IMG/VR virus record: IMGVR_UViG_3300032291_001597
Span: 32,001 to 96,000 of that record
DNA: 64,000 nucleotides
Origin: a virus
Strand: one strand, 5' to 3'
The notes beneath the pieces were generated by a model. That model was not told the origin of the DNA. It was given only the letters and a program-made list of their open reading frames with translations, and searched no databases. Both the position numbers and the translations under genes were made by a program. The number at the start of each line of letters is the position of its first letter. Position 1 is the stretch's first letter. Of the stretch, positions 30,223-40,068 are shown in pieces.

Positions 30223-30669
30223 ATGACCAACCCAGCAAGCGAGCGACAGGTCGCATACATCAACACGCTAATCGCAGAGCGTGGCTACCCAGAGCCTATT
30301 GACCTAAAAACCTTGACATCAAGAACTGCCAGCGAACTCATCTCCAAGTTGATGGCTATGCCAAAACTTGGGCGTGGGATTGACAAGGCTTTGTCTCAGG
30401 GTATGTATCACCTAGCAGGCGACATCTATCGCTTGAAGGAGAGTCGTGAGACAGGTCGTCTTTACGCCAAGCGTCTCACCATTGACCACAAGTTCGAGTA
30501 TGCTCCGGGGATTGCCTATCGCCTAACCAGCGAGAACAAAATGACCTTAGAGCAGGCAAAGGCTTATGGGGTCGAGACAGGGTTCTGCTGTGTCTGTGGG
30601 GCGTTCCTAACTGACGAGCGTTCTGTTCGTGATGGCATTGGCCCGGTCTGCGCCAAAAAGTATTTTTAG
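30223..30669 (+). CDS. DUF6011-like zinc-finger protein
   Basis: ASERQVAYI..; CCVCGAFLTDERSVRDGIGPVCA. Confidence 0.75.
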   Translation: MTNPASERQVAYINTLIAERGYPEPIDLKTLTSRTASELISKLMAMPKLGRGIDKALSQGMYHLAGDIYRLKESRETGRLYAKRLTIDHKFEYAPGIAYRLTSENKMTLEQAKAYGVETGFCCVCGAFLTDERSVRDGIGPVCAKKYF

Positions 30670-30801
30670 GCGTTATAAATCTGTTATAAAAAAGTTTATA
30701 AATGAACTTGACAAGACAGACAATAGCGACAATACTTAGACCATAACTGAATAACAACTGAATACAAAAAACTCAATCATCAAAAATCCAAGAAGGACAT
30801 A

Positions 30802-31101
30802 ATGAAAGAAATCAAGAAAGTTGAACTCGGTTTCAACGCAGACGCACGACAGGCACTCGCAGAGTTGCTTGAAGCCAAGGCAGTTATCGCTCAGGCTACC
30901 GCCAAGAAGGAAGCCGCCCAGAAGGTTCTGTTTGACCTAATCGGCGACAACAACCAAGCAACCTTCGGTGGCGTTCTATCGTTCAAGGTAATTGACGGCA
31001 AGAACCGCCACGCTGACCTGACAATTCTCGAAGAGAAGTATCCCGAGATTTTCGCCGAAGTAATCCGCACAACTGAATACAAGCAAATCCGAACCGCCTA
31101 A
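30802..31101 (+). CDS. hypothetical phage protein
   Basis: Promoter, aagga RBS, followed by a terminator. Confidence 0.75.
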   Translation: MKEIKKVELGFNADARQALAELLEAKAVIAQATAKKEAAQKVLFDLIGDNNQATFGGVLSFKVIDGKNRHADLTILEEKYPEIFAEVIRTTEYKQIRTA

Positions 31102-31158
31102 TCCCCCAACGGCGTTCGGTCGGCAAGCCCCCAGAGCAATCTGGGGGTTTTGTCTTTA

Positions 31159-31600
31159 ACGGCTTGCCCTTGACGGCTCGCCCCTATGACCGCCAACGGA
31201 TAAGACCAACGGCTCGCCCTTGACGGCTCGCCTGATACGGATTGACGGCTCGCCCTATGCCAACGGCTAGCCCTTGACGGATAGCACGCCAGCGGGTCGC
31301 TGACGGCTCGCCCTTGACGGCTCGCCCTTGACGGACAGACGGACACAGACGGCTCGCCCTATGACCGCTGACGGCTTGCCCGTAGGAAGTCCAACGGCTT
31401 GCCCTAAGAGACCCTGACGGGTCGCTAACGGCTTGCCTATGACGGCTTGCCCTAAACGCCCAACGGGTGAGCGTGTAGAGCCTGACGGGTCGTGTTTTGA
31501 CGGGTGGGTAGTGGGAGTCGGGAGAGCCTGACGGATAGGTAAAAGGGGGGTGAAGCGATTGACGGGTGGGAAGGGGAAGTCGCCGGGGATTGACGGGTGG
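31159..31600 (+). repeat. degenerate tandem array of ACGGCTYGCC(CTTG)
   Basis: 13 copies at 31159-31451, decaying into GACGGGT units up to ~31600. Confidence 0.9.
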
Positions 31601-31770
31601 GTAAAGGGGTAGTGGATTTTCCAGACTAGACGCAGAGGCTGAGTCATGTGAAGGCACTCGAAGAAGGGGGTCGAAGGTGGGGGGACTCATGAAGGGGGGT
31701 TGGGAGTCATGGGGGGGAAGTGGGAAGAAGGGGGGAAGTTCAGGGGGGAAGGGGAAGCCGGGGGAGTTTT
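31502..31770 (+). other. G-rich tract with G-quadruplex potential
   Basis: GGG-T-GGG-TAGT-GGG-AGTC-GGG at 31502-31522; about ten further G3-G7 runs at 31660-31770. Confidence 0.7.
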
Positions 31771-31811
31771 GGAAAAGGGGTAAGGGATTTTCCAAGCGAG
31801 TTTTTAGGTCT

Positions 31812-31880
31812 AAAAAACACAAGATACACAAAAAGTCAAGTTGAGTCGAAAAAACATAAGATACACAAAAAGTCAAGTTG
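31812..31880 (+). repeat. 32-bp A-rich direct repeat x2
   Basis: aaaaaacaYaagatacacaaaaagtcaagttg at 31812 and 31849 (1 mismatch); partial third copy at ~32078. Confidence 0.9.
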
Positions 31881-32385
31881 TGGTGAGTCGAAGTTCAGCA
31901 AGAAGCACGCAAGATGAGCAAGATAAGCAATAAAACAGGAGAAGTTCGAGAAAGTTGGGTCGAGAACAGCCTGGAGAAAAAGGGGTATAGGTTTTTCCAA
32001 GCGAGCCGCTGGTCTTGGGATTTCGCAAACCAAGTTGCGTCGAGCAAAGTTATTTCACAAAAACACACGAAGTGAAGCAAAAGTCAAGTTTGGGTGGACA
32101 AAAACTTGAAAGAAGTTCAGGAAGTTCAACAAAAAATAAGAAAACAAGAAGAAATTAAGAAAAATAAGAAGAAAGAAGCGAAGCGAAGGAGAAGTTCAGC
32201 AAATTACCCTGGAAGGTATTTTCGCGTGGAAAACCAATGACCCTTTTTTTTTTAGTTTCTATCCCTGGCAGGAAACTTTTTGGGACTCAGCGAAAAAGAT
32301 GGCAAATGCGATTGACTTATGTCTGGGGTGGGGGCTATACTTTTCGTATCTTGTAAATCTAGTTGGGGGAGATGGGGTGATAAAA

Positions 32386-32604
32386 ATGGCAACTAACAAT
32401 GTTTGGGAAATCGTGGACAACGATTTCGTTGATGTGGCTTGTGCGAAGTGCGCTCACGACTTTCTCGTCGAGCGTGGCGTCAAGGACCACGCAGTAGGCG
32501 AGAACTACTACAACGCAGACGCTGGTCTCTTTGCTCAGGAAGATGTGTTTGGCGAACACGCTGGTCAAGAACACAGATGTAATTGTGGCGTCGATTTGGT
32601 CTAA
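32386..32604 (+). CDS. small zinc-binding protein
   Basis: CAKC..HRCNCG; followed by a terminator at ~32620-32655. Confidence 0.65.
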   Translation: MATNNVWEIVDNDFVDVACAKCAHDFLVERGVKDHAVGENYYNADAGLFAQEDVFGEHAGQEHRCNCGVDLV

Positions 32605-32914
32605 TCGCTAATCGCAAGGAACGCTCCACCAGAAATGGCGGGGCGTTTTTTTTTGTATTTTGAATCAAATCCCGCCGTGCGCCAGAGTCAGAAAAAGGGG
32701 TCGTTGGTTTTCCGAGCGCGTCGTCATGGCTGCGCTGCGCTCGCGTCATGGTTCGGCGCTCGCTGATGGGTGGAGTTGGGCTTCGCGCTCGCGGGGTTGC
32801 GCCGAAAAAATAATTTGAGAAACGCAAGAAATAACTTGCGCGATGTCGCAGGTGTATGTATAATAAAAATGTGCTGATAGCACGAAAAGACAAAAAGAAA
32901 GCAGGACACAAAAA

Positions 32915-33121
32915 ATGGCAAAGCAAGTTTATTTCGTAGTCGCAGTTGAGTTCGACGAAGACAACAAGCCAGAGTTCATTATTGACGAAGGTCGCGCAGA
33001 TGCCGTATTCGGCGACGAATCAGTCTGGGACAACGACAACAGCGAGTGGCAGTCAATCGCCGACAACCAAGACATCTTCGACCAAGCAACTAAGGTTCTC
33101 AACGAAAAGTTCGGAGCGTAA
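32915..33121 (+). CDS. hypothetical acidic protein
   Basis: TTGCGC..TATAAT promoter, agga RBS. Confidence 0.7.
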   Translation: MAKQVYFVVAVEFDEDNKPEFIIDEGRADAVFGDESVWDNDNSEWQSIADNQDIFDQATKVLNEKFGA

Positions 33122-33342
33122 TGATGGCAGTAAAAGTTGGAGAGCAATACTTTATCGAAAACCTTGCCGACCATTTTGGACACAAGGTCGAGATTGCGCG
33201 ATACACAGATTGGAGTTCGGGAGAAGTTAGCGACTACCGCCTACATTGTGCCGAGCCAGATTGTGAATCGCCTGTTGGTATCGCCGTAGAAGTTGTAAGC
33301 CTTCCAGAAGAAGTTGCTTACATCGCAACAAAGCAAATCTAA
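33121..33342 (+). CDS. hypothetical protein
   Basis: TAATG coupling. Confidence 0.65.
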   Translation: MMAVKVGEQYFIENLADHFGHKVEIARYTDWSSGEVSDYRLHCAEPDCESPVGIAVEVVSLPEEVAYIATKQI

Positions 33343-33361
33343 GTAGAAAAGGAAAAGCAAA

Positions 33362-33616
33362 ATGACTGAACAAAAAGTAGTGGGCGGAGTTCCACAAGAC
33401 CAAATGACTGCGGGAGACATCGTAGATTTCTGGGGCGCGATTGTTGGAAGTAATTCCGATGGAGACCTAATCGCTTGGCAACAGGGGTCGAACGAGTTGA
33501 ACATTTTCGGTGCGGACTACAAGAGCGGTCTCTACCGATACGAGAGCAGTATCGAAGAAGATTTCACAGCGCGGGATTTAGATTTCGTGATGGAATACTG
33601 CGATTTCAATTTCTAG
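33362..33616 (+). CDS. hypothetical protein
   Basis: aaagga RBS. Confidence 0.65.
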   Translation: MTEQKVVGGVPQDQMTAGDIVDFWGAIVGSNSDGDLIAWQQGSNELNIFGADYKSGLYRYESSIEEDFTARDLDFVMEYCDFNF

Positions 33617-33627
33617 GAGAAGACAGA

Positions 33628-33849
33628 ATGAAAAATAGAGAGTTCGGATACGCCGACATCGACAAGGGCACAATTCTTGTGTATCAGGATTTAGGTGGCA
33701 CAGAGCGCCGAGTCTTGGTATCAGAAGCCTTCGAGAATGTGAAGAACGAACGCGCGGGTTTCGTGGGCGAGTGGCTGAATGGCGAGTTTCAAGATGGTAG
33801 CAAAGAAGTTTGGGGCTACTGCGAGCAGATAATCAAGGTCGAGCACTAA
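33628..33849 (+). CDS. hypothetical protein
   Basis: aggag RBS; terminator at ~33860-33898. Confidence 0.65.
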   Translation: MKNREFGYADIDKGTILVYQDLGGTERRVLVSEAFENVKNERAGFVGEWLNGEFQDGSKEVWGYCEQIIKVEH

Positions 33850-34190
33850 ATAAAAAGAAGCGCGGGGCTGAGCGAGAGTTCAGTCCCGTTTTTCTTTTAA
33901 CACGCAAATAATTAGATAATAAAACTCAAATTTCGAGACAAAAAGTATTTTTTAGCAATTTTTATTCACGCGCCGTGATTTTTTAGTGTTCCGCGTCATC
34001 GCAGGTGGTGCGGGGCTGCCGATTTGAAGGGGTAGTTGGTTTTCCGAGCGCCGTCGCCGCCGAACTTGACTTTTTTTACCACTGGTGAGATAAAATAGTC
34101 GAACAACTGAATACCGATTTGGGAGAACCAAGACAAAACACGACCAAGAAAAGATAAGAGCCGAAAGGTTCTGGAAAGGTAGGTCGCCTT

Positions 34191-34844
34191 ATGAAATGGT
34201 TGCTAGCAATAGGACTCGTTTTAGTATCTATGATGGTGGGAAGTTTCCCGTATGGAGAAAATTCGAGCGCAAGCGACAGGGCAACACTAATCGCCGAAAA
34301 GCAGATTGATGTTGTTCCACAGCAAAAATCAGAAACAAGAGTTCTTGACTTTCTTCTTTCAGACCCGAGCAGGGAACCTGGAATTATGGAAGTTCTATAT
34401 CAAGCACAGCAAGACAAACTACTTGCGAAGTTGGAGATAGAAAAAGAACTACAACTAAATAGCGTCAAAATCCAAGCAGTGGTTGGGGAACTGAAAAGTC
34501 GTATCGGAAAAACTTGGTATGTATTTTCAGGTTCAACACCGCGGGGTTGGGATTGTTCAGGTATGGTCCGCTGGGCTTACGAACAATTAGGAGTGTCAGT
34601 AGAGCACTCCGCTACCAAGCAAGGCAATTCGGGAACAAAGGTGAGAACCCCGAAGATTGGCGACATAGTGGTATTCGGCTATAAAGGGTCGAAGTCTTAC
34701 TATCACTCGTCTATCTACATTGGCGATGACAAGGTTATTCACGCGGGATTCAAAAAAGGAACTACCACTTCCATAATCGCGCTTGATGACCCTTCATTCA
34801 AAAACAGCACCATTACATTCGTTCGGCTTATTGAATCGAATTAA
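34191..34844 (+). CDS. secreted NlpC/P60 peptidoglycan endopeptidase
   Basis: Signal-like N-terminus; GWDCSG, GDIVVF, HSSIY, IHA. Confidence 0.9.
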   Translation: MKWLLAIGLVLVSMMVGSFPYGENSSASDRATLIAEKQIDVVPQQKSETRVLDFLLSDPSREPGIMEVLYQAQQDKLLAKLEIEKELQLNSVKIQAVVGELKSRIGKTWYVFSGSTPRGWDCSGMVRWAYEQLGVSVEHSATKQGNSGTKVRTPKIGDIVVFGYKGSKSYYHSSIYIGDDKVIHAGFKKGTTTSIIALDDPSFKNSTITFVRLIESN

Positions 34845-34857
34845 AAGAATAAGCAAG

Positions 34858-34896
34858 AGAGAACCCTTCGCGCTCGCGGGGGGTTTTCTTTTTTCT
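34858..34896 (+). terminator. intrinsic terminator containing CGCGCTCGCG
   Basis: gagaaccc..ggggttttc followed by T run. Confidence 0.75.
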
Positions 34897-34937
34897 CAAA
34901 TGGGCTTGACAGCGAGCGCCGATGTTGTATTATTTAC

Positions 34938-35219
34938 TTGTCACCCGAAATAAAAAAGGAGAACAGGGAGATGAGCAAACTAAATTACTCGCCAAACAAA
35001 GCAGATGCCGTGCTGATTGCTAGCGCATTAGAGCACTACGCAAAGGTAGCGCGTGAGAAGAGCACCGAGAGTTATTCAGGAGTAGACAAACTAATCTACG
35101 ACTCAATGGCAATCAATGCCGAGACCATTCACGCCGAGATTCAGAAGGAACTCGACGAGATTGAGCGTCAGGCTTACGAAGACTACAAGGCACTAGTTGG
35201 TTCATCGCCAGAAGCCTAA
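34938..35219 (+). CDS. hypothetical protein
   Basis: Start could be the ATG at 34971; terminator at ~35231-35265. Confidence 0.65.
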   Translation: MSPEIKKENREMSKLNYSPNKADAVLIASALEHYAKVAREKSTESYSGVDKLIYDSMAINAETIHAEIQKELDEIERQAYEDYKALVGSSPEA

Positions 35220-35365
35220 GCAATAGTCAGGAAGACCCCCGTAGAGATGCGGGGGTTTTCTTTTTCGACACGATAAAAAAGGACTTGACTTTACGATTCA
35301 GTTTCCATAGACTTGTGGCTATCAGGTCAGAAAGACTTGTGGAAACTAACTAAGGAGAAGTAGTT

Positions 35366-35629
35366 ATGGAAACTACCGAAATCAAACAGCGCATCATCGA
35401 GATTAGCGAACGACTAGTCGAAATAAACAGAGAGCAGTCTGCTTCTGGATTCGAACTTGCTCGCGCACAAGGCACAGATGCCGACCTAGGTATTCACATA
35501 GACCCACTCACCAAATGGGCTAGGCGTATGCGCGAACTCAATACCGAGTCTCAGGAACTTGTGGCAGAGCGTCGCCGACTAAGAGACATCAAGCGCGAAC
35601 AGCGTGTATGCGATTGCGCGTGCCACTAA
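35366..35629 (+). CDS. coiled-coil hypothetical protein
   Basis: aaggag RBS; ends CDCACH. Confidence 0.7.
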   Translation: METTEIKQRIIEISERLVEINREQSASGFELARAQGTDADLGIHIDPLTKWARRMRELNTESQELVAERRRLRDIKREQRVCDCACH

Positions 35630-36417
35630 TGAAACTCACAACCCCGATTGAGATTGACACCGCGCTCGCGGAACTCTACGACAAGAAGTATGAATTGCGA
35701 TTGTCAGTTGAGCGTGCCGAGCAGGAAGTGATTTTTGTCGAGAAGTATTACCCAAGCAACCAAGTTCGCAAGGAGCAAGCCGAGACTCGTGTAATCGCAG
35801 TCAAGAATAAACTTGCTGAACTGAGTACCAAGATTGCCGAAGTCGAGAAACTCTACACAGGTTGGACTCGCGCGTTTCTAGTTAGCAACGCTAATGGACA
35901 CATTCACTCAACTATGTCTTGCGCCACTTGTTTCGATACCACTCGATTCATTTGGCTACCGAACTTGTCTGGTGAAGACAGATTGAAGATTGCCGAGTTA
36001 GCAGGTGAAGGTGCTTGTACTATTTGCTACCCAGATGCGCCGAGCGAATACTTTTTGCGTAAGTGTCAGTTGGAAGACCCAAAGAAGGTTCAAGCACGCG
36101 AAGAGCGCGAAGCAAAGAAGAAGGAGCGCGACGCAAAGAAGTTGCTAACTGGAATTACTAACCCAGATGGGACAGACCTAGTAATACGCGAGCGCCGATA
36201 CAACAACACCATCAAGACAGAGCGCACAGCACAGATTTGGGCAGTAGACAACCTTTACTGGATTGGTCAGTATGCCGACAAGGACTGGCTGGTTGAGCAG
36301 GTCGAAGAGCGTAAGCAGAACCACGAAATCGTCTTGGCGGCGCTCGCGCACAAGCGCGGAACATCGGTTGAAGAGCAACGCGAGTTGATTGCTAAGAAAT
36401 TGAAGGCAAAGTTCTAA
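35629..36417 (+). CDS. conserved actinophage-type hypothetical protein
   Basis: GWTRAFLV..GHIHSTMSCATC..CTICYPDAP. Confidence 0.75.
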   Translation: MKLTTPIEIDTALAELYDKKYELRLSVERAEQEVIFVEKYYPSNQVRKEQAETRVIAVKNKLAELSTKIAEVEKLYTGWTRAFLVSNANGHIHSTMSCATCFDTTRFIWLPNLSGEDRLKIAELAGEGACTICYPDAPSEYFLRKCQLEDPKKVQAREEREAKKKERDAKKLLTGITNPDGTDLVIRERRYNNTIKTERTAQIWAVDNLYWIGQYADKDWLVEQVEERKQNHEIVLAALAHKRGTSVEEQRELIAKKLKAKF

Positions 36418-36641
36418 AAACAAAGAAAAAGTTGATGCGGGAAGCCATGTATTCGCTCGGAAAACCGAAACCCCCTTTCTACTACATGGCCTCCCGCTCA
36501 GCCTCGAAGTTTCGCCTCAGAAAATCAGGACTCAGGCTCGAAGACACGCCGACACAAATAAAAAGACAAATACTTGACAGATTGTAAATAAACCTATAAT
36601 CTTGATACATAGGGAAATTCCCTAAGGAAAAAGGAGTTGAA

Positions 36642-36875
36642 ATGCCTGAGAACAAATCAAAGTGCTACTACTGCGATGCCGAAGACTTTAACGACAAAGA
36701 GTTGTGTGCCGAGACTTACAAGGGCGAGTTAAATCACGCCGAGCAGAAGTGGTGTGAGTATTGCGAAGAGCAACCTGTCGACAATCAAGACGGGGACAAC
36801 GACCACTGCGCTCAGTGCTACTACGAGTGGAAAGCCGAAGAGCGTGGTCGCAACTGGGATTACTACCACGCCTAA
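36642..36875 (+). CDS. Cys-rich small protein
   Basis: CYYC..C, CEYC..CAQC; aaggag RBS. Confidence 0.7.
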   Translation: MPENKSKCYYCDAEDFNDKELCAETYKGELNHAEQKWCEYCEEQPVDNQDGDNDHCAQCYYEWKAEERGRNWDYYHA

Positions 36876-36958
36876 AAAATCTTTTACGACACGCTTGACA
36901 AATGTCAATTAGTTCATAATAATAGTTATGTAGTCAAACAAACTACAAAGGAGAAGAA

Positions 36959-37177
36959 ATGAAGTATGTAATCCGCCGAGCAATCGCGTCAGTAGTTCTA
37001 TCACCTGTGGTGGTAATCGCTTATGTAATTTTCTATGCCGTTCTAGTTGGGCTTGGCGCTCAGCCGGGAAACAATGTCGAAGGCGTTATTGCTAATGGTT
37101 GGCTCATCGCTCTCGGAGTTGGAGTGGTATTCACTTTCTGGACTCAGATACAGAAACTAGTTAGCGGGGTGAAGTAG
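36959..37177 (+). CDS. small two-TM membrane protein
   Basis: Promoter, aaggag RBS, hydrophobic. Confidence 0.7.
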   Translation: MKYVIRRAIASVVLSPVVVIAYVIFYAVLVGLGAQPGNNVEGVIANGWLIALGVGVVFTFWTQIQKLVSGVK

Positions 37178-37280
37178 TGCGGGAGATTATCATCGCGCTC
37201 GCGGTCTTCAATGTAATCGCTGGTGCCTACCTATTCGCTTGGTCAATCAAGCAAATCAAGAAATAGGATAGAATAAAACT

Positions 37281-37535
37281 ATGACAAAGCCAATTTTTGA
37301 AATGGAATCTGACGAAGAAATCGTTCAGTATCTCACCGAATCTCAGACAGATTGGGAAAATGGTCTTACCGACCTACAAAATCTCAACGAGTATCCAGAC
37401 GATGAACTGCTAAACATCTATTCAGCAATGGAGTATGTGCGAGAAGCAAAACTTGGTTCTGAAATCAATGGAGATTTTGAAAAGTCAATTCTTGGTGAAG
37501 CAAGTCGCCGACTTGGGTTTATCCCGTTTAAATAG
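37281..37535 (+). CDS. acidic hypothetical protein
   Basis: TAGAAT-N6-ATG. Confidence 0.65.
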   Translation: MTKPIFEMESDEEIVQYLTESQTDWENGLTDLQNLNEYPDDELLNIYSAMEYVREAKLGSEINGDFEKSILGEASRRLGFIPFK

Positions 37536-37563
37536 AAACAAAAAGAAAAGGACAAAAGACAAA

Positions 37564-37782
37564 ATGAAACTTACAAAATCAGACTGGTCTGCTATTAGCG
37601 CCACGATTTATGCCTTAGTTGGGGTGTTCGCAATGCTCGCGCTAGGCAACATTCTTGGCACGCTCAATCCGCTCAATGTGTTTCTGTGCTTAGGCGCAAT
37701 CATTATCTGTCTAGCACTGGCTAGTTTGGCAAAAGAAAAGTCACTAATTGAAGCCGAGTGGGAGTCAGAAGATGAAGTCTAA
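37564..37782 (+). CDS. small membrane protein
   Basis: aagga RBS; two TM segments. Confidence 0.65.
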   Translation: MKLTKSDWSAISATIYALVGVFAMLALGNILGTLNPLNVFLCLGAIIICLALASLAKEKSLIEAEWESEDEV

Positions 37783-37975
37783 GTGGTTCAAGTTCTGGTA
37801 TAGAACTTTCAAAACTTGGAGCAACTATCACTACCGAATGTTCCACGCTTTCTCTTGGCTGTCCTATAATGCTTATGATAAAGTCAAGCGAGACTTGCGG
37901 AGACACGAACGAGTCCGTGATGGGTTGCTTACAATATTCGCGCGATGGGTGCGGAAACTAGTCAGGAGAAGGTAA
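37772..37975 (+). CDS. basic aromatic-rich hypothetical protein
   Basis: Overlap-coupled. Confidence 0.5.
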   Translation: MKSKWFKFWYRTFKTWSNYHYRMFHAFSWLSYNAYDKVKRDLRRHERVRDGLLTIFARWVRKLVRRR

Positions 37976-38263
37976 GTTGGAAATCTTTTTTATAGTCTTA
38001 GGGGCAATAGCACTTACGCTGGGTATTTTTGTCGTCGCCACGCTTGCGCTTGGTCTATCAATCATTAGAAATGCGCCGAAATGGTTCGAAAACGCAGAAT
38101 ATGGCGACGAAGACTAAAAATTAGATGCCGATGGTCCCAGGGTAAAGGGGTAGTCGGTTATCCGAGCGAAATCGTCGATTCGCGCTCGCAAAACTCGACT
38201 TGACAACACAATGGCTATTTGATACAGTTATCAGGTAATCAGAAGACGAAAGGACAAAAACTT

Positions 38264-39253
38264 ATGACTACTCACCAACTAAAGGTCGCATATAGCCCCG
38301 ACTACCTGAACTGGCAACTTGGCTCAGGCGATGGCAACCACCCTACTCAGCCGATTCGTGCGCGTATCGCGCTGGAGTGGCTGAAGGAAGACCTAGGCTC
38401 AGAAGTTGATGTTATCGACCCTGATATCAAGCGAGCAGACAGACGCGAGTTGGAGACTATCCACCACCCTGCCTTTGTCAGTGAAGTTCTAGACCTTGGA
38501 GAGTGTGCCGACTGGACAGACTCAAAACCACAGATGGGACAGACTGCGCTAAAGATGTTTTCTGGAACTGCGCGACTAGTCGAGATGATTATTCGTAATC
38601 AGACAAAGATTGGCTTCAACCCACAGGGAGCAAAGCACCACGCGCAATACCGAACTTCAGAAGGTTTCTGCGTGTTCAATGACTTCGCTTGGGCTGCCAA
38701 AGCCTTCAAGCGTGCTGGACTCAAGGTTGTTTACATCGACTGGGATGTAAACGCTGGTGATGGTGTTCAGAACTTGCTTGCCGATACAGACATTCCAACC
38801 TTCAGTATTCACGGGCACGGGATTTACCCAACTCATTCCGACACTTGGAATGGTGACTACGAAAACAAGAAGACCAAAGGAAACTACACTTGGCACAACG
38901 AAGAGAAGCACTGGTATAACTGGTGCTTGGTTCGTGGCGAAGGCGATGCTGGATTCAAGTGGGCTATCGACGAGATTGCCGAGAAGGTCGCCGAGTATCA
39001 GCCTGATGTGATTCTGCTTGCTACTGGAGCAGATGGTCACGAAGGTGAGCGCTGGGGACTGAAATATACCTTCGATGGCTACGCCTATGCGTCAAAGGTC
39101 ATCGCTGAACTAGCAAACAAGTATGCCGATGGTCGCGTGTTGATTGGTGGCGCTGGTGGTTATCAGCCTTACACCCACACCCCGCGTATCTGGGCAAATG
39201 TCGTAAGGGACATCTATACTCAAACTAATGAAGGAGATACTAATGCCAACTAA
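38264..39253 (+). CDS. histone-deacetylase-like (AcuC/HdaH family) protein
   Basis: GAKHHA, GFCVFND, YIDWDVNAGDGVQ, SIH, GADGH, GAGGY. Confidence 0.88.
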   Translation: MTTHQLKVAYSPDYLNWQLGSGDGNHPTQPIRARIALEWLKEDLGSEVDVIDPDIKRADRRELETIHHPAFVSEVLDLGECADWTDSKPQMGQTALKMFSGTARLVEMIIRNQTKIGFNPQGAKHHAQYRTSEGFCVFNDFAWAAKAFKRAGLKVVYIDWDVNAGDGVQNLLADTDIPTFSIHGHGIYPTHSDTWNGDYENKKTKGNYTWHNEEKHWYNWCLVRGEGDAGFKWAIDEIAEKVAEYQPDVILLATGADGHEGERWGLKYTFDGYAYASKVIAELANKYADGRVLIGGAGGYQPYTHTPRIWANVVRDIYTQTNEGDTNAN

Positions 39254-39575
39254 TCAAGAGATTCGCGAACAAGGTATTGGGAGTAACTTCTCAGTGCTGA
39301 ACCCCGAAGATGGTTACCGAAAGGATAACTCTCTATGGTTTGGTAAGTGTAGCGAGTGCGGAGAGAAAGTAAGTCAGTCTCTACACCACAACTACTGGCA
39401 ACACACCAAATTCTTGGAGAAGGGCTATGGCTCTAAGCAACAGTGGGAAGAGAACAGGTGGCACTCACAGGCCACTTCCACTGGCTTGGACTACTGCCCC
39501 GTCGCTAAGGGAGACCCCGACACCTGCGTAGTTTGGTACTATGACGAAAACAATGAGAAGGTTTTTGTATCATAG
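39243..39575 (+). CDS. hypothetical protein
   Basis: gaaggag RBS; CSECG. Confidence 0.65.
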   Translation: MPTNQEIREQGIGSNFSVLNPEDGYRKDNSLWFGKCSECGEKVSQSLHHNYWQHTKFLEKGYGSKQQWEENRWHSQATSTGLDYCPVAKGDPDTCVVWYYDENNEKVFVS

Positions 39576-39729
39576 AATAGAACTATGACCACAGAGTTAC
39601 TGCCGATTCTAATATCAGTCCTAGTGCTGATATTAGTTTGGGCAGTTTTCTTTTTCAGCATTATGTATCTAATCACAGTTGTATTCGAAAAACTTGAAGA
39701 GCATAGAAATCAAAATAAGGAGCGATGAA

Positions 39730-39897
39730 ATGGGAGAAGTATTTTTTGTTCTAGTTATTGGACTAGCAGTTGTTGCCTCGATTACTTGGCTGCTCGATGG
39801 CTACAAGAAAGAACTAAGAGACCAACAGAATAAGAGAGATGTATCCCCTATGCTGGGAGTCGTCTTACCGAACAAGAAGGACAAGAAAGATGAATAG
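39730..39897 (+). CDS. small membrane protein
   Basis: aaggag RBS; one TM segment. Confidence 0.55.
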   Translation: MGEVFFVLVIGLAVVASITWLLDGYKKELRDQQNKRDVSPMLGVVLPNKKDKKDE

Positions 39898-40066
39898 TTG
39901 GATTGTTAGATTGAAAGATGTAGTTTGGACTGCTGTGTTTGCTGTCGCGCTCGCGGTAGTGGCTATTCTCGTATCACTGGTTGTGCCGAGTGCTATTTCG
40001 CTAGTGCTCGCGCTTGGGTTAGCCTCAGTTTCACTCGCCCTACTATCTTGGAGAGTCGCTAGATAG
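39890..40066 (+). CDS. small two-TM protein
   Basis: Hydrophobic, coupled. Confidence 0.55.
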   Translation: MNSWIVRLKDVVWTAVFAVALAVVAILVSLVVPSAISLVLALGLASVSLALLSWRVAR

Positions 40067-40068
40067 TT

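Noticed and set aside
31159-31600. CRISPR or mini-array interpretation of the ACGGCTYGCC array
   Set aside because: Units are 10-14 bp, degenerate and often contiguous, with no unique spacers of constant length and no cas genes.
31098-32080. ORF-track ORFs over the repeat and G-rich block (e.g. 31184..31876, 31267..31647)
   Set aside because: They are low-complexity translations of the repeats on both strands, with no RBS and no phage-like codon usage.
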